DNA from: Eledone cirrhosa
Taxonomy: Eukaryota
Reading direction: 5' to 3'
DNA: 64,000 nt
Assembly (NCBI GenBank): GCA_964016885.1
Contig: OZ024742.1
Span: 89,342,001-89,406,000 of the forward strand
Shown: piece by piece, positions 1-11,764 of the stretch
Layout: each line of letters begins with the position of its first letter
Position numbering within the stretch: position 1 is the stretch's first letter
The notes under the pieces: generated by a model
The model's input: only the letters and a program-made list of their open reading frames with translations
The model's database searches: none
Told to the model about the DNA's origin: nothing
Made by a program: the position numbers and the translations under genes

Positions 1-805
1 CCTCTTCCGACCATCGCTTCATGGAATACTCGCACGCAGAAATTGACCAGCACAGAATCCACTAAACACCTTTGGATTTTACCAACTTTTCAACCATCCT
101 CTTACGTAATCACCTATATAACTCACCCACACACACACCCCAAAAACATTTTTTTCTCCCACACGCCACCTACACCCACAACACGCTTAAACCCCACACA
201 CACTTGCTTTCCACCACATATTTACACCATCAGCCTCCTGATTCCTCTCCCCCCACCCCTCTATCCACACACGCACAGACACTCCGACCCCCCCCCCACA
301 CACACACACACCTCTTCCTGAACATTCAACCCCGTTCTTCCCCCAATCCTTACTTTCACATACACACACACACACACACACGTACACCTACACACACACA
401 CCACCTTCAGCCCTCCCCGCTCGGACACCCCGTCTCCCTCTCGCCACTCCACCCGCCACCACCCCTACACACCCCACACCCTTCCACCACCTGTTTTATC
501 CCCCTTTTAATTTCAGTTTATTTTGATCATGCTTTTATATTTAAATTTATTTAATTCCTTGTATTTTGATCATGCTTTATTTTTATTTTTATTTTTATTT
601 TTTTCATTCGCACCGTTTCCTTTCGCTATATGTCTCTCCACCACTCCCCTACACACCCTTTGAACTCTGTTCCCACACACTTCTCGCCTGAGGAAGGGCT
701 TATGCCCGAAACGTCGTCCCCGACCAACACCCCACTCTCCAGAGCGTGAAATTAATAAACATTCGTTGTACTGCCTTTCTGTTTTGTCCCTGTTCAAATT
801 TTTCC

Positions 806-808
<3 letters not shown>
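1..808 (+). mobile_element. 3' UTR/pLTR of a Neptune-like Penelope element (CA-rich), ending at (TA)n
   Basis: Homologous to 35555-35977 and to the 3' end (minus strand, ~53700-54350) of the RT/GIY-YIG element at 53700-57575; contains an HHR motif. Confidence 0.75.
686..718 (+). ncRNA. Minimal type I hammerhead ribozyme (PLE pLTR type)
   Basis: CTGAGGA-a-GGGC ttat GCCC-GAAA-CG-TC; palindromic ACGT stem III; stem I imperfect. Confidence 0.65.
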
Positions 809-845
<37 letters not shown>

Positions 846-848
<3 letters not shown>

Positions 849-997
849 GATATTAACAAATGGAAACTATATTTATAAAAACCATATTTATTTCATTATA
901 CCTATTTCAAGGATACCAAGTTAAATACTTGTCGAGTGCTTTATATTAGTTATAAAAATATTTACTTGTTGTATCCCAACAATTTAAATAGAACTTT

Positions 998-1000
<3 letters not shown>
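846..1000 (-). repeat. Solo fragment of a Naiad-like PLE pLTR family
   Basis: Same sequence family as 40301-40830, 41900-42135 and 46228-46450. Confidence 0.7.
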
Positions 1001-1080
<80 letters not shown>

Positions 1081-1088
<8 letters not shown>

Positions 1089-1700
1089 CCGCATGTATCT
1101 GTGTGTTTCTAAATATATAAATAACTCCCTCTGGTCGAGCAATCTTTGAAGTGTGGGGACAACTGGAAAGCTTCCATTACTCATACTTCTCGCCTTCTTC
1201 ACTACCTCTTCTACGGCCTCGATATGAATACCCCCTCCGCCTCCGTGGTATTTTCTTCGTCGTTATAAGAGGCTTAGCTCTGTTTCTCGACCGTTATATC
1301 GCGTGACTATCTCCCCCTCCGCCTTTTGGGATTCTTTCTCACGTCGTGTAGACGCGTTCTTGAGACTAGTAAAATGAGGTATCCTCTTGATAAGTTGGCA
1401 GACCTCGCAAGGACTCTATATCTTTGATATATTGTTTTTGTTTATGCCACGAAACTACGTAGTCGAGGAATTTAGGAGCAGTTTAGGTATGATACATTTT
1501 ATTACTAATTATATCTAAATGTTTCTTCTCTCTTCATAATGTATTTTTGACTCTGATACTGGTTCAGTCTGGTTCAAACTGAATTGGTCTGTCCCAGTCA
1601 TTCATTGAGCAACATCGGTGAAGTTGGCACCCTTAACTCACAGTTGGGTGCGGATGCATTCATGTATATATGTGTGTGTCCGCATGTATCTGTGTGTTTC

Positions 1701-1710
<10 letters not shown>
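1081..1710 (+). mobile_element. Non-coding retrozyme-like unit (591-bp monomer plus ~38-bp terminal direct repeat) in (TA)n
   Basis: GTGTGTGTCCGCATGTATCTGTGTGTTTCTAAATATATA at 1081 and 1672; internal HHR; (TA)n on both sides. Confidence 0.6.
1382..1469 (+). ncRNA. Type I hammerhead, U3-A8 core variant, long stem II loop
   Basis: TCCTC-TTGATAA-gtTGGCA...TGCCAc-GAAA-CTACGTAG-TC-GAGGA; 5-bp stem I, palindromic stem III. Confidence 0.7.
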
Positions 1711-1745
<35 letters not shown>

Positions 1746-1819
1746 GCATATATATATACACGCATATATATATATATAGATATATATATAAATATATATA
1801 TGCATACATACTCACACAC

Positions 1820-1855
<36 letters not shown>

Positions 1856-1862
1856 CTGTATA

Positions 1863-2088
<226 letters not shown>

Positions 2089-2191
2089 TACATATATATA
2101 TATATGTGTGTTGTATATATATGCCTAAATACATATATATATATATGTGTGTGTATATATGCATAAATATATATATATATATGTGTGTGTG

Positions 2192-2330
2192 TGAGTGGTT
2201 AGAGAATTGGATTCGCAATCGTGAGGTTGTGAGTTCGATTCCTGGACCAGGCGATGCGTTATGTCTTTGAACAAGACACTTTATTTCACATTGCTCCTTC
2301 TACCTGGAGTTGCGATCGATAATATAGTGC
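2192..2330 (+). mobile_element. tRNA-derived SINE fragment
   Basis: A-box-like GAGTGGTTAG, B-box GAGTTCGATTCC, then the TGTCTTTGAACAAGACACTT central SINE-domain motif. Confidence 0.65.
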
Positions 2331-2391
2331 AATAATATGGTGCATAGTTATATAAACATGTTTTAACGGTATATACTCCTTTGTATTCATT

Positions 2392-2470
<79 letters not shown>

Positions 2471-2643
2471 TTAGTGGTGTGAGAGTCAAGAGTGGAACTG
2501 CATAATGTTCTGGTCGGTCAGTAGTGTCAATTTTTCCTTGGTTTAGTCTGGAAGAAGAACCTTCAAATCTGACCACCGGAGCTAAATGTCAACTTTAAAA
2601 TGACCCCTAAAGTAATGGGAAATTACGAAAACAAGTAGCGTAG

Positions 2644-2701
<58 letters not shown>

Positions 2702-2752
2702 TAAATAAAATGACAGGAGGCTGGACTGATGTAAATCCTTTGAAAATTTATT

Positions 2753-2810
2753 ATACTATGATTATTTCAATGACCGGGTTCCATATGAATCCGGTGATAT
2801 CATCAGGTAT
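2753..2810 (-). ncRNA. Type I hammerhead ribozyme in a non-coding (TA)n-flanked insert (2699-3177)
   Basis: Minus strand: ATAC-CTGATGA-tatcACCGGATTC atatg GAACCCGGTcatt-GAAA-taatca-TA-GTAT. Confidence 0.75.
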
Positions 2811-3203
2811 TGGAATATAACAAAGCAATATGTAAAACACCATGGGTCCGAAAAATCAGAGACAGAGACAGAGAGGACGACTGAGCGCCTAGCTTCTTGG
2901 CCAGTCGCCCTCAAAGTTTTGGCAACTGAAGCTACTAATGAATATCTGGTGAGGGGGCGAAGGCTTATAATGCACTACCACCACTCCGTCAAAGAAGAAG
3001 GGGAAGAAAGAAAGAAAGGGAGAAAGAAGTGTAGTGTAAGGGTCATACTACATTCATGCTAGAAAATGCCGCGAAAAAATGCTACCCCAAAGAATCTATA
3101 ATGGGTGTCTGTATGGTCTAGTGTGTGAACCGAAGATTGGAACGTTAAACTTATGTTGCGAGTTATAATTCTGGTCTATATATATATATATATGTATATA
3201 TAA

Positions 3204-3300
<97 letters not shown>

Positions 3301-3399
3301 TAGCGAAGATAATACGTCAGATGTCGTTATGCAGACAGCTAGATATATAGACAGATATGATAAGGGCTTGACGGAGATCGATAACTGGCGCCTCACACC

Positions 3400-3569
3400 T
3401 CTTTAACGACAGAAAATTGTAAAATAAAAGCTGCAGTTAGTATCTTTAGACCGGAACGAATATATAAATGCAAGTTTCAAGTCAATCGGAGTAGAAATAT
3501 GGATTTTTATAGACTTTGCAAAATTGAGGACACACACACACAGACAACACAAGTTTTATATATATAGAT
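3400..3569 (-). mobile_element. Non-autonomous Helitron-like 5' portion
   Basis: Minus strand begins TCTATATATATAAAACTTGTGTTGTCTGTGTGTG, resembling the Helitron 5' end at 49462. Confidence 0.4.
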
Positions 3570-4183
3570 ATTTGTGTATGTCTGTGTGTGTGGGGAGGGG
3601 GGGGGGGGCAGTGTGCATTTTTATATAAACATGTTTTAACGGTATATACTCCTTTGTATTCATTTCTTTTATAATCGCTCTGCTTATTTTCTCGCCCACT
3701 AAATATTAACGCTTCTAATATTTAACCCTGTAGGCCCGAGTATTGAGCACATTTGCACAAACTATTCGCAACTAAATATATGTATCGCTTATCTTTCCGT
3801 TTTTTTCTCTCTCTCAATATTTAAACATTCTCTCTCTATATATATAAGGAGTTTTTTTAAAATAAAATATATATATTTATTAGGTCCCTTTACCGGTTTT
3901 GCAGTTCTTCTGCTTTTCAAAAGTAGAATTGAGATGGAGGGTCTGCGGTTTTTCTCACATCTGGCTGGTCTTTGAATGTTACTATGGAAAAAAGTGGCTC
4001 GAAATGCCAAGTTTTTAGAGAAGTAATTCTAATTTAGAGAAGAAAGTCTGAATTCTGACACCCCAGCAAACCAGCCATATTCACTGAACCAGAACAAATC
4101 TTCCAATCCCATTTCTCTTGACCATTATATTTTTGTTTGGCACAAAATTTTCTAAAAGGCTACAATATAAATTCCCAAATACG

Positions 4184-4464
4184 GGCGCGAAATTTACTGA
4201 ATTTGTTCACGTGACAGTCATAATTACATTTATAACCAATCAAATTAATTTTTAAAAAAATCCTTCGTGAGCCACTGTTTTTAAGTAAAAAGAAATTCAA
4301 ACAAACTGGCGCGAAAGCTGATGTCCTTATTCACGTGACTGCATCAACCAACCAAACCACACTCATATATGAAAAAACAACCTGAGCCCCCCCCCGCACC
4401 TTTGTTTGAAGAACTTTGTAACGCGAACTGGCGCGAAATTTAGTATACTTATTCACCAACCAAT
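4184..4464 (+). promoter_or_regulatory. Three ~123-bp subrepeats with E2F (GGCGCGAAA), E-box (TCACGTGAC) and CCAAT motifs
   Basis: GGCGCGAAA at 4184, 4308, 4430; TCACGTGAC at 4207, 4331; CCAAT at 4236, 4460. Confidence 0.4.
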
Positions 4465-4580
4465 TAAATTACTTCTCTAAAAACCTGGCATTTCGAGCCC
4501 CTTTTTTTCCATACAAAACAAGTAACATTCAAAGACCAACCAGATGTGAGAAAAACCAGAGACCCTCCATCTCAAGTCTA

Positions 4581-4616
4581 CTTTTGAAAAGCAGAAGAAC
4601 TGCGAATCCGGTAAAT
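4581..4616 (+). ncRNA. Hammerhead motif, U3-A8 variant (second copy at 3888-3923, minus)
   Basis: Consensus of two copies: CTT-TTGAAAA-GCAG aagaa CTGC-GAAA-CCGG-TA-AAG; each copy has a different single lesion in GAAA. Confidence 0.55.
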
Positions 4617-4747
4617 GAACCAAATAAATATATATATATTTAAAAAAAAAAAGAGTGCAGTTGCATTTTCGATTTCATCTTTTTTCCTTATTCATTCACT
4701 CGTGTAGGACACCTCGGTTATTTTTCATTTTGTAAAATAAACCTCAC

Positions 4748-4791
<44 letters not shown>

Positions 4792-4793
4792 TA

Positions 4794-4829
4794 TTTTTGA
4801 AAAGCATTTGAAATGCGCAACCGGTAAAA
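4794..4829 (+). ncRNA. Hammerhead-like motif with U3-A8 and GCAA in place of GAAA (also 22599-22634, minus)
   Basis: TTT-TTGAAAA-GCATTT g AAATGC-GCAA-CCGG-TA-AAA. Confidence 0.4.
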
Positions 4830-4951
4830 AACTTAAAACTTAAAACTAACACTGAATACTAACCATTACTTATTACTAATTCATACTTATTCCTAATTAA
4901 ACTATTTTTCACTGGAAAAAATCTGTCAGCGTTTTCTTTTCCTTTATACTA

Positions 4952-4975
<24 letters not shown>

Positions 4976-4997
<22 letters not shown>

Positions 4998-7219
4998 TAA
5001 ATTTCACAACAACAACACACACGCATCCAATGCCTCTCACCACCACCACAATCTTAACAAACACACAGACACAGAAAACAAGTAATGACAGTAGCACAGA
5101 AATCAGAGAAATAAGGGAAAGTAATAGGATTAAAAGGAAAAGGAGATGGGAGACTAAGGACAAAGAGAATAACCAAGACGAACACACAGACACACAAAAT
5201 AGGGTAGATAACAACATTGAGCCAGTGGAAAGAGACAGGAGTAATTATAAGAGACATAGAAACAACCATGAGGCTGTTGGTGGAAATAGAAATAGAAACA
5301 ACACAACTAACAATAACAATAGCACTAGTACACATAAAGCAGCAGCCTGGAACTCTCCGTTTTATAATCCCTCCGATAAATCATTCGACCTGCGACGAGT
5401 CCACGCCACGACTTTACCATTTAACAAACGCACGCAGTTGCCGTCGCAGGTCGATGAACAAACAGAAGCACAATTTAGTATAGCTAAATCCGAACTTAGA
5501 AATATTATAGAACAGTATAGCAAGAAGCATAATAGAATAGAGGCCCAGCAACTGGGAGAAAAATCTGCAAATGTCTTGCGTAAGCTCATGCAGCGCTCGC
5601 GTAATGGAGAGATAGCATGCTTTCCAACAGACAAGTCTGGCAGAATGTCGGTTGACAGCCTGCCAAACTACATCCAGGCAATGCAACCCCACATCACTAA
5701 CACAAGAGAGGTAACACCACAGGAGCATGAGGATAGAGAAAAAGCCCTCAATGCCCATATGGTGATGTGGACGAATATAATGCAGCCCAACAAAAGGACT
5801 GCCAACAACTTCCAGGCTTGGAACAATGACGTGCCGGCGTTGTATTGGCTTCGAAAAGACCATAAAACGGGCTGTGACCCTGTCGCGGGACCACCAACAC
5901 GGCCAGTCTGTGGAGCTAACATTGCTAGTAACTACAGACTGTCCTACTTCCTCTCCCTGATCATACGCCCCATCATTGAGATGTCCCCAGATGTATGTGA
6001 CAGCACGGAGGACCTCTTCAGCAGAATCGGCGCGAATAACCGATCTGGGGACCTAACAAACTGCATAATAGGCAGTATGGATGTTGTGTCCCTGTATCCA
6101 TCTATCGACGTGGATTTTGCTGTGGAGAAATGCGTAGAAATGATCAGCGAGAGCAAGGTTGAGTTCCGGGGGATTGATACCAGTGAGCTGGGACTTCTAC
6201 TTAAGCTTACCCATAGTAATAGTTACCTAGACACTTATGACCTTAACAACCTGTGCCCTACAAGACCAGCAAGAGGCAGACCACCTACCATTACCTCAAT
6301 GGCCAAGAAAACCCACACAGATAGATGGAACGGGTGGACCAGAGCCATACGGACACCCGAAAACCACGATGAACTGAATAAAATGATTGCACATGCGGTA
6401 GGGGCCAGCATAAAATTAACCCTTAAGGAACATATGTTCAAATTTAATGTTAAAACATATGCCCAAGAGGAAGGAGCAGCCATTGGTGTTAGCATTGCAG
6501 GCGACATAGCTAACTTATTCATGGTATGGTGGGACAGTAGACTTAAACAAAAACTTAAAGAACAATTAGAAGACAGCTTAACCCTGATAATGTACTCCCG
6601 CTACGTAGATGATATAAACATCGTAGTTAAGACACCCCCACTAAAGAACAGTCAGGAACTAGAGAAAAACACAATGGAAAGCATCCAGCAAATAGCAAAC
6701 TCCATCCACCAGAGCATTAGAGTTACTATAGACTACCCAAGTAGACACCCCAACCATCGATTACCTGTACTAGACACAGAGCTCTGGTTAGATACCATTA
6801 ACAACCAAAAACAAATCCTCCATTCCCATTATGCCAAACCCATGACTTCCAAACATCTGATCCACCGAAACTCGGCCATTTCGGACCATACCAAAATCAA
6901 CATACTGATTGCGGATTTGGTACGGGTGATGAGAAATGTGTTCCGCATGTGCAACCCCGAAGAACTAGAGAGACACATACAACACTTCATCCACCGTATG
7001 CAGTTCTCTGGCTACAATCAGAGAGATAGAATCAGAGTGTATAGAGGAGCCAGAACCAAATGGGAAAAAATGGTAAATAATGACATAAATGGGACCTGCC
7101 CCTTGTATAGGAGCAAATTTTGGAATAGAATAGAAAGAACTAGGAACAAGGCCAATAGAATAAACTCATGGTATGATAGCAATAAATACCAGTGTAATGT
7201 TCATCAATACAACCCCTAG
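4976..7219 (+). CDS. PLE reverse transcriptase (747-aa ORF; listed start lies in a TG repeat; frameshift near 7195 cuts off the endonuclease)
   Basis: DKSG, LRKDHK, PTRPVCG, DVVSLYPSID, QEEGAAIG, RYVDD, LPVLD and YAKP motifs. Confidence 0.9.
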
Positions 7220-7705
7220 AGGCGAACTAGCCTACAAATTTAGAAGGGCCCTAAATAAACATAAACTCAATATTAAGATAGTAGAAAGACCAGGTACCTC
7301 CGTAAAAACACTTATTAGCAAGACCCGTTCCAAAGACCCTCATGTATAGATAAGAAATGTATAACCTGTAAAATAAGCCCCCATATTAACTGTAAAACTA
7401 GAAATGTAGTGTATAGCATAAGATGTACTGAAGGACAATGTAGAAACAAAAATATAGTGTACATAGGTGAGACAGCTCGTAGTATAGGGGAACGAATAAA
7501 TGAACACTGGCGAGACCTTCAAGATAATAAAGATCATCTGTGCTCTACGAACGTGCTAAGATAGAACACAGGGTTAGATTAGAGAACATAGAAATAAAAA
7601 TAGAATCCACACACAGAAAAGATGCAATGTTTAGGCAAATTACAGAAGCAGTAAGTATAAAAGAATTACAACCAACATTAAATAGAAAATATGAGTGGAA
7701 CAGCA
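7195..7705 (+). pseudogene. Disrupted GIY-YIG endonuclease of the PLE
   Basis: CKTRNVVYSIRCTEGQC...VYIGETARSIGERINEHWRDL and ITEAVSIKELQPTLN; contiguous in-frame in the 59724-60662 copy. Confidence 0.85.
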
Positions 7706-7930
7706 ACATCACAACTTACAATTAAGGACAAAATGAAAACACACACACACACACATAGAACAAACAACCAACCAACAATAAATAAATAAACAAATAGATA
7801 AATGAACACAAACACACACAGACACCCGGATGTGGCGCATGCGCAAACTGAGCACACAACACACACACAGAAACAAAATGGCGTAGGATAGAAGAAAGGA
7901 AAGGCACAGAAACAAAGAAAGGAATCCCCA

Positions 7931-7973
7931 GTCACTGAAGAGGTCACAGAGTGTGTGACGAAAGGACTATGAC
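7931..7973 (+). ncRNA. Minimal hammerhead in pLTR (copies at 53137-53179 -, 53481-53523 +, 59285-59327 -, 60945-60987 +)
   Basis: GTCA-CTGAAGA-g-GTCACA gagtg TGTGAC-GAAA-GGAC-TA-TGAC. Confidence 0.75.
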
Positions 7974-8155
7974 TATATATAAACAACTATCTGGTTGTGG
8001 AACCAACCAACCAACCAGAAATTTATAAGTTTGTAGATTTGTAAATTTATAAATTTATAAATATATAATAAATTGAAGTGAAAGCAACGGGTGCGTGTGT
8101 TTCTTATTGCAACATGACCCACCCAAAGTATAACAATATATATATATATATATAT

Positions 8156-8292
8156 ATAGGAAAAGGTATGACCCCGACGGCAGAGCTCTGCCGTCGGGGT
8201 CATACCTTTTCCTATTTCCCACTCTACTACACTAAGTATTGAGTACTCTGGTGCGTTAATGGGCCATCTGGTTGCTTACCACGATTCCTTCG

Positions 8293-8295
<3 letters not shown>
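8156..8295 (+). repeat. Fold-back fragment: perfect ~60-bp palindrome plus 3' tail of the family also at 11461-11600 and 57600-57800
   Basis: ATAGGAAAAGGTATGACCCCGACGGCAGAG/CTCTGCCGTCGGGGTCATACCTTTTCCTAT. Confidence 0.8.
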
Positions 8296-8343
<48 letters not shown>

Positions 8344-8769
8344 AGTTATTTATTTTGGAAAGCTAGATTCCTGATGGTTTCTAAAGAATGAAACAGTTCT
8401 AGTCCTGTAGAATCTCATATATATATATATATACGCGTGTCTGTGTATGCAATGTGTATGTTATATATGTATATATGTAGTTTTCCTATGTATTTATGTT
8501 CGCAGTTATATATTTGTTTTGTTTTATCGTGTATAAATATAAATCTGCCTAAGTATTGCAGAATGATGTATGAGTATGTAAGTAATAGAATGTTTGTGCC
8601 TATTCGGGATTAGATGTACGTCCCTTTTTTATTGTGTATTTCTCTTTGTTTTTATATTCTTCTCTGTGTTTGCGCTCGTTTGCGTTTCTTTGTATTTTCT
8701 TCCGTCGATTAATGGCTGTAAATGAATTCTCTATATTGATTTGTATAAGAAAAAATGTTTCTTCATCTT

Positions 8770-10000
8770 CTTCACTCATATATCCATGGTGACATCATGC
8801 AGGTAGTATCTTCAAACACACTTTCCGGGTTCCAAAACGTTGCACACATTTTCACGTGATCCAGCTAGATTCCCATGTGAAACTACGCGATCTCATGAAT
8901 ACTATCAAAACATCTTGCTTGAGGTCTACCTCTGGATCACCTCCCTATTGATGTGGCCCGCACAATCTAACCATATGTTGGTAGTTCGGGCGCTGTGATC
9001 TTCCGATGCGGTGAAGTTTGAGCGAATTTCCGATCTCCGAACTACGCAGCCTATCCAGACATTAATCAAGATCCATGACCATAGGAAGGTTTAAGCACGA
9101 ACACCGAATTGAAGATAGCAATTGTAGCCTTTTCACGTACCTCGTGTACCTTCTAATGACCATGTGCTGAAGATGGCGAATTATTGCAACAGCTCCTGCA
9201 ATTCTTGCATTAAATTCAGCCTCCAGTCATCTATCAATCGTGAAAAGGGGTCCGAGATACTTGAACGAATCCACCTACTTCAGTGTAACTCCATTCCCAT
9301 GCTTAACATACTACGCAAATTTATTCATTTCTGTCCGAGAGCAATCGACTGCAAGGCTATCCTGTGCATATTGGAGAGTAGCTTCCGGCGAGATATGTAA
9401 CAGTAAGTGGACTGCAAATATCAGCTGACTGATCCTACACTCACCGGTTTTGATACCACTTCCAGCCCAGCTGCACATGTCAATCATGTTCATAAAGATT
9501 ATGAACATGTGAGATGATAATACGTACGCTTAATAGAGTCCGACTTCCACATTGAATGGATTCGACTAATCCCCATTTATCACAACACAAATAATAGGGC
9601 ATTTGCATGAAATTCAAGGCAACACGCTGTTCTCAAATGAATACTCTTTTTAGAAACTTTAACAACACATTCCGTGGAAGTCTAACCATTAACATTTCGA
9701 GGTCCATACATTTCTAGGCAACATTCCTACGATTCCTCGAAGACCTACTGCAGTGTAAATATATAGTCGGCTGGCTATGCTATGTCTGCAGTGAAAGCCT
9801 CACTGTTCGCCAGCTAATTTGAACTCAACAATACTCATTTATCTATTTGCCAGCCATTTAGCATAGACTTTACATGAGCAGCTTAACACCAGGGTCCCTC
9901 CTTAACTACTTAGCCTTGAATGCCTTTACTATCACTGTTCCGACCTTTCTTATGTTTCGGAGTGCAAGAAGGAAGTTTTATTTCCAAGCCAAGCTTTGTC
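8770..10000 (-). mobile_element. Decayed RTE-like LINE, RT 3' portion
   Basis: Degenerate VEVGL..LS.MFIIFM, QLIFAVHLLL (FADD-like), FKYLG and GRP.RW-like motifs; many stops. Confidence 0.6.
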
Positions 10001-10789
10001 AGCCTTTTTCATTACCCGATTGAAACCTTTAAACATCTGAATGACCAAGAATTCTTCTAGCCCCCTAGAGCCACACTAGAGCCGTTTTCATCTGCATAAT
10101 GTAATAGCTGAAATGGACACAGGCGGGATGAACAGTCAGCACTCAGTTTCAAGTTCCTCAGTTTGTTCAGGGAGTTCTCTGGATTTGGATGCAATATCAC
10201 CCGCATACCTGGTTGACACCTCAACATCAGTCAGTCAGCGGTTCTTCCTTTCAACTGTAGGTTGTACTTGTCAATTTCTAGATTTCCTTGATTTTAGTTA
10301 TCCTGAGTTTGCAGATAACTAGATGGTGATTAATTGACAGCTTAGCTCACTACATCCTTTAGCACTAACCTCCAGTGCAGAATCGAGGAGACCAAAGACA
10401 ATAAATATGGATTACTCACTTCTGTCCAGATTTCCCTTATATATATCGTTGTGCTAGAGAAGGGTTTTCATAATAGTGTTTAACATCGAAACAATACTCA
10501 ATTTTCAATATTTCAATTACTGCTTGTCAGCAAGTCTATATTTCACTGATGTTTTTATATATGTTTTGCACACATATACACAGTGCTTTACACGTTATGT
10601 ATGTGCATAGATGTGTCTACCTCAGTGTATATACGTGAATACGGTAGCTGTGTATCTACTATTAATGCACATGGAATCTTAGACTTATTTCTGAAGTCAT
10701 ATCATGCCAAGGCGAGATCACAGATGTTCATGCAGATGATTAAGTTCAATTGCTATTTCTCAGATACTTTGGGTATGATTTCAATACAA

Positions 10790-11385
10790 AATAGCTGAAT
10801 AATGAGACAGGACACTAACCAAGCGTGACTCGGAGAATTGTGGCAACTGTTGATGCAAAGAAAGTAAAATTAATGGCTACGATAAAAAGGGCACGATCAA
10901 TTAACATCGAAGTGGGTGAAGAAACATCTGCATGGCAAATATTTTGCCCGTAGCAAAAAGCTGATGTTGATGATGTTGGCTAGAGGTACCCATATCAGAG
11001 ACTACACCTAATGGCTAGAGGCACAGAGTGAGGGCTTCATCTTAGCTGCCCAATATTAAGTTAAGTGTCAATTCTGAAATGATGCGATTTGAACAGTGGG
11101 CCATTTAATCTCTGCATGTAAAGTTTTAGCATCAGTAGCATTTAAATCAAGGCATGACAAAGATTGCCAATATTTACACTGGTTAATATGTCGGAGTTAT
11201 CAAATCAAACCTGACGAGTAGTAAAAGTATTGACTTGATGGTATAACTGAGGGAGAAAATGTAACGATTATTTGTGACTTTCCTGTACATACAGATAGGA
11301 CAGCCAAAGCTAACAAACCGGATATTATTATATATGACCAAGATAACTCAGTGTGTTTATTGATTGATATGAGCATCCCATGTCT
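10790..11385 (+). mobile_element. Decayed R4/Dong-like LINE 3' fragment (restriction-like endonuclease)
   Basis: EGFILAAQ, LISAC, RHD.I..LHW, DFPVHTDRTAKANKPDIIIYD, LLIDMSIP. Confidence 0.7.
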
Positions 11386-11764
11386 CATTCTATACATTGG
11401 TAACCCAGTTAACACAACATATTGCTTAAATTTACAGCTAAAAATATATACACACATATTCAGATCTAGCTGTCGAAACGTCCGGAGCTCAGCCGTCGGG
11501 GTCCTGACTCTTTTCCTATTACCCACTCTACTACCCTAAGTATTGAGTTCACTGGTGCGTTGTGGTCCACCTGGTATCTTACCACACCTTATTTGTCCTT
11601 TATACGCACACATACACACCAACACACACACATATATATATACATACACACACTAACACACACACACACACACACGCACATATATATATACATACACACA
11701 CACATATATATATATATATAGTAATCAAGTAAAATATATCACTATAGCATAATATTTATTTAAT

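Larger units (their letters stand above)
3855..4755 (+). mobile_element. pLTR-like element with inverted 5' copy (arms ~3855-4028 and 4467-4650); each arm carries a U3-A8 HHR motif
   Basis: Inverted repeat seen directly; HHR motifs at 3888-3923 (-) and 4581-4616 (+). Confidence 0.6.
4997..8138 (+). mobile_element. Penelope-like element, 5'-truncated: RT, frameshifted GIY-YIG, pLTR with HHR
   Basis: RT ORF, EN motifs after ~7200, pLTR ~7690-8138 repeated at 53020-53680, 59080-59560 and 60830-61140; microsatellite flanks. Confidence 0.92.

Noticed and set aside
2192-2250. tRNA gene
   Set aside because: A/B boxes are present but there is no complete cloverleaf, and the sequence continues into a SINE body
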